Assembly (NCBI GenBank): GCA_964187785.1
Contig: OZ076409.1
Coordinates: 8,806,001-8,870,000 of the forward strand
Length of the DNA: 64,000 nt
Source of the DNA: Amphiscolops sp. MND2022
Lineage: Eukaryota
Direction of reading: 5' to 3'
In this document: positions 38,821 through 51,278 of the stretch, one piece after another
How positions within the stretch are numbered: position 1 is the first letter of the stretch
How the letters are laid out: every line of letters begins with the position of its first letter
The notes under the pieces: generated by a model
Told to the model about the DNA's origin: nothing
The model's database searches: none
The model's input: the letters and a program-made list of their open reading frames with translations, nothing else
Position numbers and translations under genes: made by a program

Positions 38821-39867
38821 TTTTGTGTAAGCGGTGGAAGATTTCCATCGTACTAACATCGTAATGAAGGTTTGTGTCAACGTAGCGTTGGTGTAGTCGG
38901 CGATGATCGAAACGGCGGAATGATTCCATCGATTTAACATCGCTGTAAGGAGATCGCGTGTAGGTGTTGTTGACTTTTGTGACGATAAGAGAGCTATGGA
39001 ACATTTCCATCGTTTTGTCATCGTTAAATTTTCTTGTGTGAGTGCTGGGTTGGAAATATGGAACGATGATTAAACGATGAAACATTTTCATCGTCTTTTC
39101 ATCAGTGTGTTGCAATTACATGTGTTTTACCTTTATTTTCCGTGTATTGGGTGATTTCGTGCTGTTTTGAAGCGATGAGTAAGCGATGGGAGAATTCCAT
39201 CCCTTATACATCGTTAATGTGAGTTTGTTTGTCTATTCTCGGATTTACGCGACGATGAGAGAACAGTGAAATTTTTCCATCGTTTTTCATCGTTGACTGT
39301 TGTTTGGATTACTGTTGAGCTGGCGAAAAAGCTATGAGCGAATGATGAAAACTTGATTTCTATCGCTTGTTTATCGATGTGTTTTTATGCGTTATTGGAT
39401 TTTGAATTGCGGTTGTTTCATCTTTTCGATATCCTCAATCAGGAAGGTGTATAACATTTGTGACAAGGTAAGGCGGAGCCTATAGTTATTGACGATTGAA
39501 GAAGAAGTCTCTCTGAAATGAATTGTAGAGAGAAGGAAGATATAGAAGTGATGGAGAATGTCCATCTCTTTTACATCGTGTTACTGAATTGTGTCAATCG
39601 AGTACGATGGTTTGTCTATTTTCCATCGTTTAGTCGGTAATTGTGTGTTTCGTCAAATGAAGGTTGTTAACCAGATGTTAACAAGAAGCGAAGCCTACCA
39701 ATTATCAACAACCAGGTCAAGGAACTTCTGTATGATTTTGTGGCATGGTCGGAGAGAAGATGAGGATGTGAAAACGATGGATGTGAACCATCGTTTAAAC
39801 ATCTTGATTTCCAGGTAATTTGCTAGAGATGGGTTTTCGATGGAAATGTTCCATCGGATTTACATCG
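38821..39867. repeat. Interspaced array of 41-bp double palindromes CGATG-N6-CGATG-N9-CATCG-N6-CATCG
   Basis: Units start at about 38821, 38901, 38983, 39064, 39173, 39253, 39332, 39538, 39764 and 39827. Mostly about 80-bp period with unrelated spacers. Same unit in both LTRs. Confidence 0.85.
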
Positions 39868-42800
39868 TTTCTGGTGATTTTAATTTTTCTTCACGAAGGG
39901 GCGTTGTTCAGCCATCGTTTTGTGAAAATGTTGTTTACATGTTTTTCGTTTTTTACTGCCGAGCAGTGTTTGTTATGCGTAAGGCGTTTCTAGCGTTTGA
40001 GATTTTTTGAATTAGGGAATCTGAGTAGCGTTTCGGCTGAGGGTTTTCGTGTAGTTTATATTTACTTCTATTTGTTCTCGTTGTTGTCAGATTTGTCGTT
40101 TCTTCGTCATTCACCTGTCGAGGTGTCTCAGTGTTAGTAGGTATGGCTGGTGGTTCTTAGCGGTTCGATGTGTCTTCCGTGATATTTTGCCAAATTATCT
40201 CATCGTTTTTGCTGAATTGCACCTGCGGGGCGTTTTGTGGCAGTTCGCCCATGATAATTTCCAATTGTGGTGTGAGTGACAGTCTATTCGGTAATCGACT
40301 TAGTGGTCTGTCGTGTCGGATTGCTTGTCGGTGATCTTGGGATTTTAATCGAATGACTCTTTCAACTGGTGTTTCATCTTCAGTTTCTGGTTCATCCGGT
40401 TCAAGGTGTATTTTTGTTTGTGTCGGAATGTGGGAGTCAAATATATGTGGGAGTCGGAATCTTTCGTGCGGTCCATGTCAGCGTATATTGGTTGGTTACC
40501 GATGTCTACGTCTTTTACAGGGAACTCCGGTTTGAAGATTTTCAGCCCTATGCGGTGAACGCATTGTGTTTTGAACGTTCCTACATTCCGTATGATGTAG
40601 TTACTGTCGGACAGCACTTTCATTACTTTGAACGGACCTTTCCAGTGGAAGGTCTTAAACTCTTCTTTACAACCCTGTGAGTCGTATATGGGGTCAATTA
40701 GGAAAACAAGGTCGTTCACTTTGAGTGGTCGTGCTTTGGCTTTTCTGTCATAATATGCTTTGTACTTGTGGTACGCAGCTATGTTGTCCGTGTTATCTCG
40801 GTAGATTTCGTTCGTTCGGTCTAGAATTTTGTTGACGTCTCCAAACTTCGTGTCGACTCGTCTTTAAGGGTTAGAGTATTTTAGGTCCAAAGCGTTGTAT
40901 GGAGTGCGTCCGTGAGAGATTTCGGTTGGTGAACACTTCAGAGAAGTGTGGTACGTTGTATAGTGGGCCATAATTGCTATGTCGACATAGCGGTCCCAGT
41001 GTGGTCTGTCTACATTTACATGTATTTTGAAAATCTTTTTAAGTTTTGCATGACTTCTCTCGACCATGCCTTTAGTTCGTGCATGTTTTATCGTTGCATG
41101 GGAGATTTCAAGGCCAATGGCTTTAGTAAGTTGTTGGAACAGTTCAGCGGTGAACACGGATCCTTTGTCGGTCAGGATATGCGTTGGGACGTACGCGTGT
41201 TTGGCAAATACCGACAAAATAGCGGTAACGAGATGTATTGTGTCAGGTTTACGCAGTGGTACAGCAAGCAAATAACTCGAGAATACGTCGATTGCGGTCA
41301 GGATATGTGTGAGTCCGTTGCATGCAGGCAGTGGTCCGACTATGTCTACTTCTATCAGATCAGTAGGACCGTTACACGGGTCGTATATTTTCTGCAACGA
41401 TGGGCGGAGTTTTGATTCGTTTGTAGATTTTGATCGCATACAAATTTCGCAACTTTCGAGTATTTTTTGCGTTTTTTCAGCAAGGCTTGGAGAGTAGTAG
41501 CGTTTACGTAGTTCGTGTAACATCTTTTTAGAACACGAGTGTCCCTGTACAGGGTCAATGTGTAAAGACCTGATTATTTCTGACATCAATTGATCAGTTA
41601 TGGCGATTTGCTTATGGAACTCAAGGCCTGTCCTGTATGATCATAAACGATACGGTACAGAACTCCGTTTACATTTTCAAGGCGTTTTCGATTTTTGTGA
41701 AGTTTTTGGAAAAACGTTGACATCAAGTTTACAGGGTGGGTCAAGGTAGTTTCGCCGGACAAAATTTTTAACTTGAGTTGAATATCACTATTTGTTTTTT
41801 GAGTTAAGATTAGATCGACTCCCCCTGAGAGGCTAACCTCCTTCGTCACTGGGGCTAGTAACGATGTTTGGACGGTGAATTTTTTGTACACTGGTGTTTG
41901 GGCATCAGTCAATAGTCGGTAAATCTGTATGCAGCTGGTGTGATCATCCTCAGAGGCATGTGGTGCTGGTTCTACCCAATTCATCGTGTTGTCATCGTCA
42001 TTGGTTTTCGCCGTCACGTCGAGTGGTTTCATCGGTTTGTCATTTTCGTGTGCCATTGTCTCAGAGTTGGCTGTTTTCATCGGTGTTGCATCGTGGGACT
42101 TCTTCTGTCTCAGTGGTTCGCTCGGAGGGAGTAGTCTATTTCGTCTTCCTCCTGTTTTGGCGTCTTCGAGGCGGTGTCGATTTCTATGTGGTGTACTGGA
42201 ATGGAATCAGTTACTTTTAGATGAACACGTTCTTTAGGTCGAATTTCCAACCTGGAGAGGTAATCAGCTGCAGGATTCTCTCTACCTGGTACTACACAAA
42301 TGGCAAAATAAAATTAAACTGAAGTGTTTGGTCACAAAAGTTTCAAAGCGACGGTGGAATGTGTTTGGTCTGAAAGAAACATGTGAGTGCCTTATTATCT
42401 GTCATTACAATTAGAGGCTTTTTTGCACCCCAGAGGATGTGACCAACCTCGTCAAAAACAAAATGCATAGCCATGAAATCCTTAGCATACATTGTCAATG
42501 ACATCAGTCCACCCTGGAATTTCTTAGAGCCAAAAGCAACTGGGGCATATTTCTTTGAGCTACCCGATTGTGGTTCAGAGTAGTCTTCTATCAGAAGAAC
42601 ATAGCGCGCTGCATGTTCACTCTCGTCACACATAATTACCGATTGCTTGTCCGGAAGGGGAAGTTTCAATGCCTGTTTAGTACCCTGGAGTAAACTTTCG
42701 TTAATTTCAAAACTTACATCTGTGTGGCGTTGTTCTAATTGACGATTGAAGAAGAAGTCTCTCTGAAATGAATTGTAGAGAGAAGGAAGATGTAGAAGTG

Positions 42801-45800
42801 ATGGAGAATGTCCATCTCTTTTACATCGTGTTACTGAATTGTGTCAATCGAGTACGATGGTTTGTCTATTTTCCATCGTTTAGTCGGTAATTGTGTGTTT
42901 CGTCAAATGAAGGTTGTTAACCAGATGTTAACAAGAAGCGAAGCCTACCAATTATCAACAACCAGGTCAAGGAACTTCTGTATGATTTTGTGGCATGGTC
43001 GGAGAGAAGATGAGGATGTGAAAACGATGGATGTGAACCATCGTTTAAACATCTTGATTTTCAGGTAATTTGCTAGAGATGGGTTTTCGATGGAAATGTT
43101 CCATCGGATTTACATCATTTCTGGTGATTTTAATTTTTCTTCACGAAGGGGCGTTGTTTAGCCATCGTTTTGTGAAATTGTTGTTTACATGTTTTTCGTT
43201 TTTTACTGCCGAGCAGTGTTTGTTATGCGTAAGGCGTTTCTAGCGTTTGAGATTTTTTGAATTAGGAAATCTGAGTAGCGTTTCGGCTGAGGGTTTTCGT
43301 GTAGTTTATATTTGCTTCTATTTGTTCTCGTTGTTGTCAGATTTGTCGTTTCTTCGTCATTCACCTGTCGAGGTGTCTCAGTGTTAGTAGGTATGGCTGG
43401 TGGTTCTTAGCGGTTCGATGTGTCTTCCGTGATATTTTGCCAAATTATCTCATCGTTTTTGCTGAATTGCACCTGCGGGGCGTTTTGTGGCAGTTCGCCC
43501 ATGATAATTTCCAGTTGTGGTGTGAGTGACAGTCTATTCGGTAATCGATTTAGTGGTCTGTCGTGTCGGATTGCTTGTCGGTGATCTTGAGATTTTAATC
43601 GATTGACTCTTTCAACTGGTGTTTCATCTTCAGTTTCTGGTTCATCCGGTTCAAGGTGTATTTTTGTTTGTGTCGGAATGTGGGAGTCAAATATATGTGG
43701 GAGTCGGAATCTTTCGTGCGGTCCATGTCAGCGTATATTGGTTGGTTACCGATGTCTACGTCTTTTACAGGGAACTCCGGTTTGAAGATTTTCAGCCCTA
43801 TGCGGTGAACGCATTGTGTTTTGAACGTTCCTACATTCCGTATGATGTAGTTACTGTCGGACAGCACTTTCATTACTTTGAACGGACCTTTCCAGTGGAA
43901 GGTCTTAAACTCTTCTTTACAACCCTGTGAGTCGTATATGGGGTCAATTAGGAAAACAAGGTCGTTCACTTTGAGTGGTCGTGCTTTGGCTTTTCTGTCA
44001 TAAGATGCTTTGTACTTGCGGTACGCAGCTATGTTGTCCGTGTTATCTCGGTAGATTTCGTTCGTTCGATCTAGAATTTTGTTGACGTCTCCAAACTTCG
44101 TGTCGACTCGTCTTTAAGGGTTAGAGTATTTTAGGTCCAAAGCGTTGTATGGAGTGCGTCCGTGAGAGATTTCGGTTGGTGAACACTTCAGAGAAGTGTG
44201 GTACGTTGTATAGTGGGCCATAATTGCTATGTCGACATAGCGGTCCCAGTGTGGTCTGTCTACATTTACATGTATTTTAAAAATCTTTTTAAGTTTTGCA
44301 TGACTTCTCTCGACCATGCCTTTAGTTCGTGCATGTTTTATCGTTGCATGGGAGATTTCAATGCCAATGGCTTTAGTAAGTTGTTGGAACAGTTCAGCGG
44401 TGAACACGGATCCTTTGTCGGTCAGGATATGCGTTGGGACGTACGCGTGTTTGGCAAAAACCGACAAAATAGCGGTAACGAGATGTATTGTGTCAGGTTT
44501 ACGCAGTGGTACAGCAAGCAAATAACTCGAGAATACGTCGATTGCGGTCAGGATATGTGTGAGTCCGTTGGATGCAGGCAGTGGTCCGACTATGTCTACT
44601 TCTATCAGATCAGTAGAACCGTTACACGGGTCGTATATTTTCTGCAACGGTGGGCGGAGTTTTGATTCGTTTGTAGATTTTGATCGCATACAAATTTCGC
44701 AACTTTCGAGTATTTTTTGCGTTTTTTCAGCAAGGCTTGGAGAGTAGTAGCGTTTACGTAGTTCGTGTAACATCTTTTTAGAACACGAGTGTCCCTGTAC
44801 AGGGTCAATGTGTAAAGACCTGATTATTTCTGACATCAATTGATCAGTTATGGCGATTTGCTTATGGAACTCAAGGCCTGTCCTGTATGATCATAAACGA
44901 TACGGTACAGAACTCCGTTTACATTTTCAAGGCGTTTTCGATTTTTGTGAAGTTTTTGGAAAAACGTTGACATCAAGTTTACAGGGTGGGTCAAGGTAGT
45001 TTCGCCGGACAATTTTTTTAACTTGAGTTGAATATCACTATTTGTTTTTTGAGTTAAGATTAGATCGACTCCCCCTGAGAGGCTAACCTCCTTCGTCACT
45101 GGGGCTAGTAACGATGTTTTGACGGTGAATTTTTTGTACACTGGTGTTTGGGCATCAGTCAATAGTCGGTAAATCTGTATGCAGCTGGTGTGATCATCCT
45201 CAGAGGCATGTGGTGCTGGTTCTACCCAATTCATCGTGTTGTCATCGTCATTGGTTTTCGCCGTCACGTCGAGTGGTTTCATCGGTTTGTCATTTTCGTG
45301 TGCCATTGTCTCAGAGTTGGCTGTTTTCATCGGTGTTGCATCGTGGGACTTCTTCTGTCTCAGTGGTTCGCTCGGAGGGAAGTAGTCTATTTCTTCTTCC
45401 TCCTGTTTTGGCGTCTTCGAGGCGGTGTCGATTTCTATGTGGTGTACTGGAATGGAATCAGTTACTTTTAGATGAACACGTTCTTTAGGTCGAATTTCCA
45501 ACCTGGAGAGGTAATCAGCTGCAGGATTCTCTCTACCTGGTACTACACAAGTGCCAAAATAAAATTAAACTGAAGTGTTTGGTCACAAAAGTTTCAAAGC
45601 GACGGTGGAATGTGTTTGGCCTGAAAGAAACATGTGAGTGCCTTATTATCTGTCATTACAATTAGAGGCTTTTTTGCACCCCAGAGGATGTGACCAACCT
45701 CGTCAAAAGCAAAATGAATAGCCATGAAATCCTTAGCATACATTGTCAATGACATCAGTCCACCCTGGAATTTCTTAGAGCCAAAAGCAACTGGGGCATA

Positions 45801-45990
45801 TTTCTTTGAGCTACCCGATTGTGGTTCAGAGTAGTCTTCTATCACAAGAACATAGCGCGCTGCATGTTCACTCTCGTCACACATAATTACCGATTGCTTG
45901 TCCGGAAGGGGAAGTTTCAATGCCTGTTTAGTACCCTGGAGTAAACTTTCGTTAATTTCAAAACTTACATCTTTGTGGCGTTGTTCTAAT
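39490..45990. repeat. Head-to-tail 3.25-kb internal duplication (39490-42739 / 42740-45990) covering RNase H, integrase and 3' UTR
   Basis: Near-identical ORF sets offset by 3250-3251 bp. Junction ..GTTCTAAT|TGACGATTG with 2-bp AT microhomology. Confidence 0.95.
40864..41589 (-). pseudogene. pol: Gypsy integrase fragment (duplicated copy)
   Basis: HHCC (LHIDPVQGH..CEIC) and D-D-E core (VDIVGP, LTDKGSVF, GMVERSH). Confidence 0.9.
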
Positions 45991-47989
45991 GTAAAGGTAG
46001 TGTCTTTTTGTTTAATTCGTGGAGAACAGCTGTTTTGTCTGCCAGTCGGGGAATGTACGACCTGTAAAATTTAACAAATCCTAAGTACCGCTGAAGAGCT
46101 TTAACTGAATTGGGGAGTTTGAGTTTGTTTCAAAACATCCGTTACACGTTTTTCTATAAGTGCGATACCAGTGCTAGAAATGGTTTTACCAAGGTAATCA
46201 ATTTGTTGTTGGTCATATTCACATTTACTCATGCTGAGTTTCAGACCAGCTTTGGACAATTGCTGAAAAACAAGTTCTAAAATTTCAAACATTTCATCGG
46301 GTGTACTCGCTGCTATGCCGATATCATCAGTATACTGGGCACAGGGGTCCGCTTTGACCAAGGGGTCCAAATACTCGCGGACCACGCTGGTGAAGGCTAA
46401 AAGAGAACCGTTAAGACCTTGGGCTAGTCTGAGGAAAGCAAAGGTCCGAGATTCAAAGTTAAAGGACAAAAGTTGGATTGACTACTCATCGGCCATTGGA
46501 ATGCATTGGTAGGCCTGGGAACAATCAAGTTTACGGAAATATTTTTTCCGGCCATGTGTTGAGCAGCGTCTGAAACAGTTGTTACTGGGTGTTTATGTTC
46601 ACCATAGTCGTTCTTGATGAGGTGGTTGATTCTCCGCCAGTCAACTAAATTCCTTAGTTTCCCGTTTGGTTTACGTTGTGCAAAAATCGGTGACGAGTAT
46701 TTGCTGTAAGAAAGAGTAGATTTAATCCCGTACTCCTGCATTTACGCTAATTCTACAAGTAGGTCATCTTTTAGGTTAGTGGGTGTAGGGAGACTTTGAG
46801 AGTACACTGGTTCATTATGCTGAGGTGTTAATTATACTTTGAAATCGGTGTTCATGCCGATGTCAAAACGATGTCTAGCAAAAATGGAATTGTTCTCTAC
46901 CAGCAACTCCTCTACCTGAGCTTGTTGAGACGGAGAAAGAAGCGATTCGTCCCACGTGAAAGTTTGCAGGAACTTGATTCGTTTGTCATGAGAGCGGACA
47001 GGATCGAGCTTCTCCAGTTCTCTGAGAGCCACAATCTCATCGAAAATTCGTCTTTCAATGTTGTTGACTTTGTCTGGCTCACTACACGTCTCTGGCGTCT
47101 GGTTCCATTTTGTAGACTTCAATTCCGGATTCACAAAGCGCTGATTGATTACGCGGCTGCTCCATCTTCGAAGTGATCGGTGATCAACTTCAGGTGTTCA
47201 ACTGACATCGGTGTGATGTTGGCTACTTGGTGGGGGGGTTGGAATTCTGAAGTTCGCCAGGTTGGTGTTTGCCTCGAGCGTGAACACTTGCTCATTGGGG
47301 TTGGTGACCTGAATCATTGTTTTTCCATCGTCTAGGTCAACTACTGCTGGAGACACCAAGAGACACGTCTTGCACATGAAGGCTGGAGTCCCTTCGACCG
47401 TGCCAGTTGTATGTGATTTGTTACTGTGGACCTCAATCAGTACTTGATGGTGGGGAGGGATGGTCGTTCTGCAGCTGGAATACAAATCATGTAGCCCAGT
47501 TTTGAACTTTCTTTTCGTTTGTTGGCTCACTTGTATTGACATCATATGGTTAGGAAAATGGACTAAGTGATTTTTTATATCAAGGTTGACTGAATACTTT
47601 TCAAAAAAGGACAATCCAATCAGGATCGTTTTCATTGTTGGGACGACTAAAAAGACATCTTCAAAGACTTTTCCTGCTATGAAAAAGCGTGAGAGGAATT
47701 GTTTTCGAATGGGGACTAAATTGCCGTTGGCAATCTGAACTATATAGTTGGGGGGCGGGAGTTCATTTAATACTGCCTCCGGATGGGCAGCCGTATATTT
47801 GCGTAATTCGGCTTCTGAGAGTGCGCTTTGCACTGCTCCGGTGTCTAAAAGACCTTGGTTTTCGTATGTGTTAAACTGAAGGAGAACAAACAACATCTTA
47901 TTCTTTTTATTGAAATGTAAAGTGGGACTAAGTACGTAAACTTGACAAATGTTTTTTAGTTTTGGAACTACTACTCGTGTGTTTTGCAT
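43260..47989 (-). pseudogene. pol: Gypsy pol (PR-RT-RNase H-IN), broken by stops and frameshifts
   Basis: LLDTGA protease, AQYTDDIGI RT, IMCDESEHAA..YAKDF..VMTDNKAL RNase H, integrase 44114-44839, C-terminal WKGPFKV (GPY/F). Confidence 0.93.
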
Positions 47990-48331
47990 GTGTGTGTTTT
48001 ACTACTAAGCCGTTTTGTCGTATAGTTATCTCTTTGGAGTCGGTCCGTTGGTTGTAGATGTGGAGCCTCAATGCGTCGTCATGACAGTTCATCGGTTGTT
48101 CATCGATTGAGTTTTCCAATGGAGTGAATCGGTTACTGGTCTCCATCGACTTCATCGGTTGTTCGTCGGGTTTCTGATTCTTTCGCAGATAGACTTCGTG
48201 TGCTTTGCAGGGATCACCAGAGGGCTGCCAAGACCTCTGATGACGGTTGTGAAGGGTTGGTCGAGTCGAGTGAGTTTTTGAGTCAGAGAGTAGGTGCGCA
48301 CTTTATTTGTTCGCGGAGTGAAATTGTGGCT

Positions 48332-49843
48332 TTACTGAAAATTCTGTTCCTCTTCTGAGAACGAATCGTCGTTGTCGTTTTGTATTTCCAATTGGTTCAT
48401 GCGACGTTGTTGTTGTTTTAGTTCGCGTCGTCGCCCTTTGATTTTTTGGTCATCGGTCCGTTTGTATGGTAATTGTCCGTATGGTGTGCTCCTTTGCTTT
48501 GGAATTCGCTTTCTGCAATCCCTAGCTGAGTGGCCACTGTATCTACAAATCTGACAGACCAGTTTCGGGTTGAATTTTGGCTTGTCGTCGTCTTGTCGCT
48601 GGGTTGGTTGTATGGCATCTGGTTTGGTTACGCCATTAGCCTCGTCTCGTTGTCTCGTTGTCGTCCTCGGCATTCTTGTTTCCTGTGTCCTTGTTTACCA
48701 CAGTAGAAACATTTGCCTTCAAAACGTTTAGTCTCTGATTTGGGTTGATTGGTGTGACAATACGACTTGGTCAGATTGTGTGCATTCTCGCTTTGTAGTA
48801 TTATCAGACATCTGGCTAGTTGGCTGGTTGATGTGGTTTGTTGGAGTTTGTTCCGGTACTGGTATTTCCGGAGCAGGTATGTTTTGATTTATTCAGTGCT
48901 GCTGTCTTCTTTGAAGCCATCGTCAGTTCTTGTTGGATGTTCGCTGGTAGTTTTCCGAATAAGAACATCCTGATGCACTTGTCTGCATCGTCGCCATAAG
49001 CTTGTTTGGCAATCTTCTTGATGTCTTTTAGAAAATCTCCAATTGTCTGAGTGGTCGGATCGTATTTGGCTTCATTCCATTTATATCGGGCGACCTCTCG
49101 CATGTCTTCCTTTGCAAACTCTTTTCTGAATAATTGGAGGACATCTTGCAGTGTGGTGGTAGAGTTGATTGTAATTGTTTGCCAAAAGTCGATGTCTTCG
49201 TCACAGAGTAGGCTTGGAAAAAAGTGGATTTTATCGTCTTGCGTGATTTTATTGGCGATTGGTCGCCAGTGGATAAGTAACAGATGCTCGATTTCATTGT
49301 ACTTGTTTTTAGATCCGCGGAAATTTGGTACATGCGTCTGAAATAGTTTCGTGTTGGTTTTTTGTAATTACCTGGGTAGGTCTTGGATGGCGTTGAGCAG
49401 TGCAGACTCGGTTGTATTGCTAGGTATGTATCCGTAGTCTTCTTCGTCTTCTTCGTCTTCATCCTGGAAGTGGTTGCGTTGGTTTCTGTGAGTCATGGTG
49501 ACTCCTGTCACCATGCTGGACGACCGTACACCAAACGATGATGTTGCAGTAGAGGCCTTTTAATTGTCTGTTTCTTTCTTCATTTTGGGCAATTTTTCTC
49601 TCTATCATAGTCTTCAATGTAGCCATCTCACTTTGGAGGTAATTAAACCTCTCTTCAATAGCTTGTTGGAGATCAGACTCATTAGTTGGTGAATTTCGTC
49701 CCATTTGCACTTGTTCATCTGAAAAAATATTGTTATTTTCCCTTGTTTGAAATCTGAGTATTAGGAGATTCAGCTGGTACGTTCGACGAGGTAGACGTTA
49801 ATATTTTTCCACTTCTGAGTGTTCTAGGAGAACTGTTATTCAT
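48332..49843 (-). pseudogene. gag: Gypsy gag, starting inside the 5' LTR, with two CCHC knuckles
   Basis: CFYCGKQGHRKQEC and CQICRYSGHSARDC. The N-terminal MNNSSPRTLRSGK.. reading starts in the LTR (seen intact in the 3' LTR ORF 31654-32031). Confidence 0.85.
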
Positions 49844-50703
49844 GTGATGTTAACGAGATGAATTTGTGGATAAGAGCTGTATTGTTAGGATTGTATGAAA
49901 ATCAGGTACTAAGATGCAGTTTTACAGTTGATTAGCAGGTTTTAAAAGAAGGCGATATGGAAATGATGATTCTATTGCACTAGAATGACTAAACTGTGGA
50001 ATTCAAGTTTTGTCGTTTAGATATCGTTTTCACTAGTTAGTTACGTTAGTGTGGCGGTAGATGTAGAAACGATGAATGAAGTTCGTTCTATGTGTATGCG
50101 TGAACAACTAGATGTGAAAACGATAGATCAGCTATACAGGGAAGGTCAATTTGGTAAATGGGAGAGGTTACATCGGTTCATCATCGTCAACTAATTCTGC
50201 ACTCGCGATGTGTAAACGATGAGAGATTTTCATTGTTCTTCCATCGTCTGCATGTACGTGGTAAATTACCAAATCGTCGACGATGTACAAACGATGAAAC
50301 ATTTTCATCGGTCTTACATCGTTAGTGAATCAGCACCAAAGCAAAGAAATAAGGGGATTCATCAGTTTTACATTGTTACTTTAAATTCTCAATTCTCTTG
50401 GTTGTATGTGGTCAAACGATGTAATATAGATGAAACCTGTTAAACTTGGAGTAAAACTGAGGTTTTAGCATGAATTTCATCGTTTTAGCATCTTCAATCT
50501 GTTATTGAGTGAAATGATGCTTGTCGAGTTAGTTTACTCTGAAGCAGGAGCTTCCTAACGTTTGTCAGTCTCATTATTTCCATGTGACGGTCCAGTTTGA
50601 TATTTTTTATATGACATCATTTTGCACATATCTAAGTACATAAGACATATTGTTTACAATATAGGTATTTATTAGATTATATTTCCATCATTGTGGCATG
50701 ACA
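49514..50703 (-). repeat. 5' LTR (1190 bp), followed by PBS at 49501-49513
   Basis: Homologous to 31692-33195. On the minus strand reads ..CCAGCA|TGGTGACAGGAGT. Confidence 0.9.
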
Positions 50704-50816
50704 TGAAGTGACCAAAAAATTTATACCAAAAGTTCTACAAAACTTGAAGGAATGCGTTGAATTGTTCCTGTTGACCCAGAAAAAAAACCAAAAAGGTTTT
50801 TCTTTTTTTGTGTATC

Positions 50817-51278
50817 TAGAGGTGGACGCCGTTACTATTTTTTTTGGCGACGGCGTCAGGTCAAAAATCGATGGGCGGCGGCGGCGATGCCGGTGTGAAA
50901 ACAATATGTTGATAACAAAAAAAGCTCACTTACTGGGTCTGTGGGACGTCTAAATTTGCAAAAATTTGCTCCTAGATCAAAGTTTAGTAGTAAATACAAG
51001 TTGTTGAAAGTGATATCACAAAGCTCTAAAATTGTTTGCAAAACTGATTCTGAAGTGTTTTCACAAACCTAATAATATTTGATTAGGCAATTTTGATTTC
51101 CTCTAGAATCATTCGGGTTTCGAGCTAGTTTATTTTCAGTCCAAATCGTTTTCTACAATCAGGGGTCCATTTCATTTATTACAGTATTGTATGTGTTAAC
51201 CCGGGCCTACGCCGATATACATCGGCGTGAATGGCGCGGAGGTCAACCAAGTCGGCGGCGGCGTGGCGCCCACCTCTA
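50817..51278. mobile_element. hAT-type MITE nested in the DINE-like element
   Basis: TIRs TAGAGGTGGACGCC / GGCGCCCACCTCTA, GGCGGC subterminal repeats. The 8-bp flanks match at only 5/8. Confidence 0.7.

Larger units (their letters stand above)
31692..50703 (-). mobile_element. Full-length (19,012 bp) decayed Ty3/Gypsy LTR retrotransposon with a large accessory region
   Basis: TG..CA ends, 5-bp TSD TGAAG (31687-91 and 50704-08), two homologous LTRs, PBS TGGTGACAGGAGT, gag-PR-RT-RH-IN order. Confidence 0.93.

Noticed and set aside
38821..39867. CRISPR array
   Set aside because: Eukaryotic retroelement context, degenerate rather than identical repeats, no cas genes or leader.
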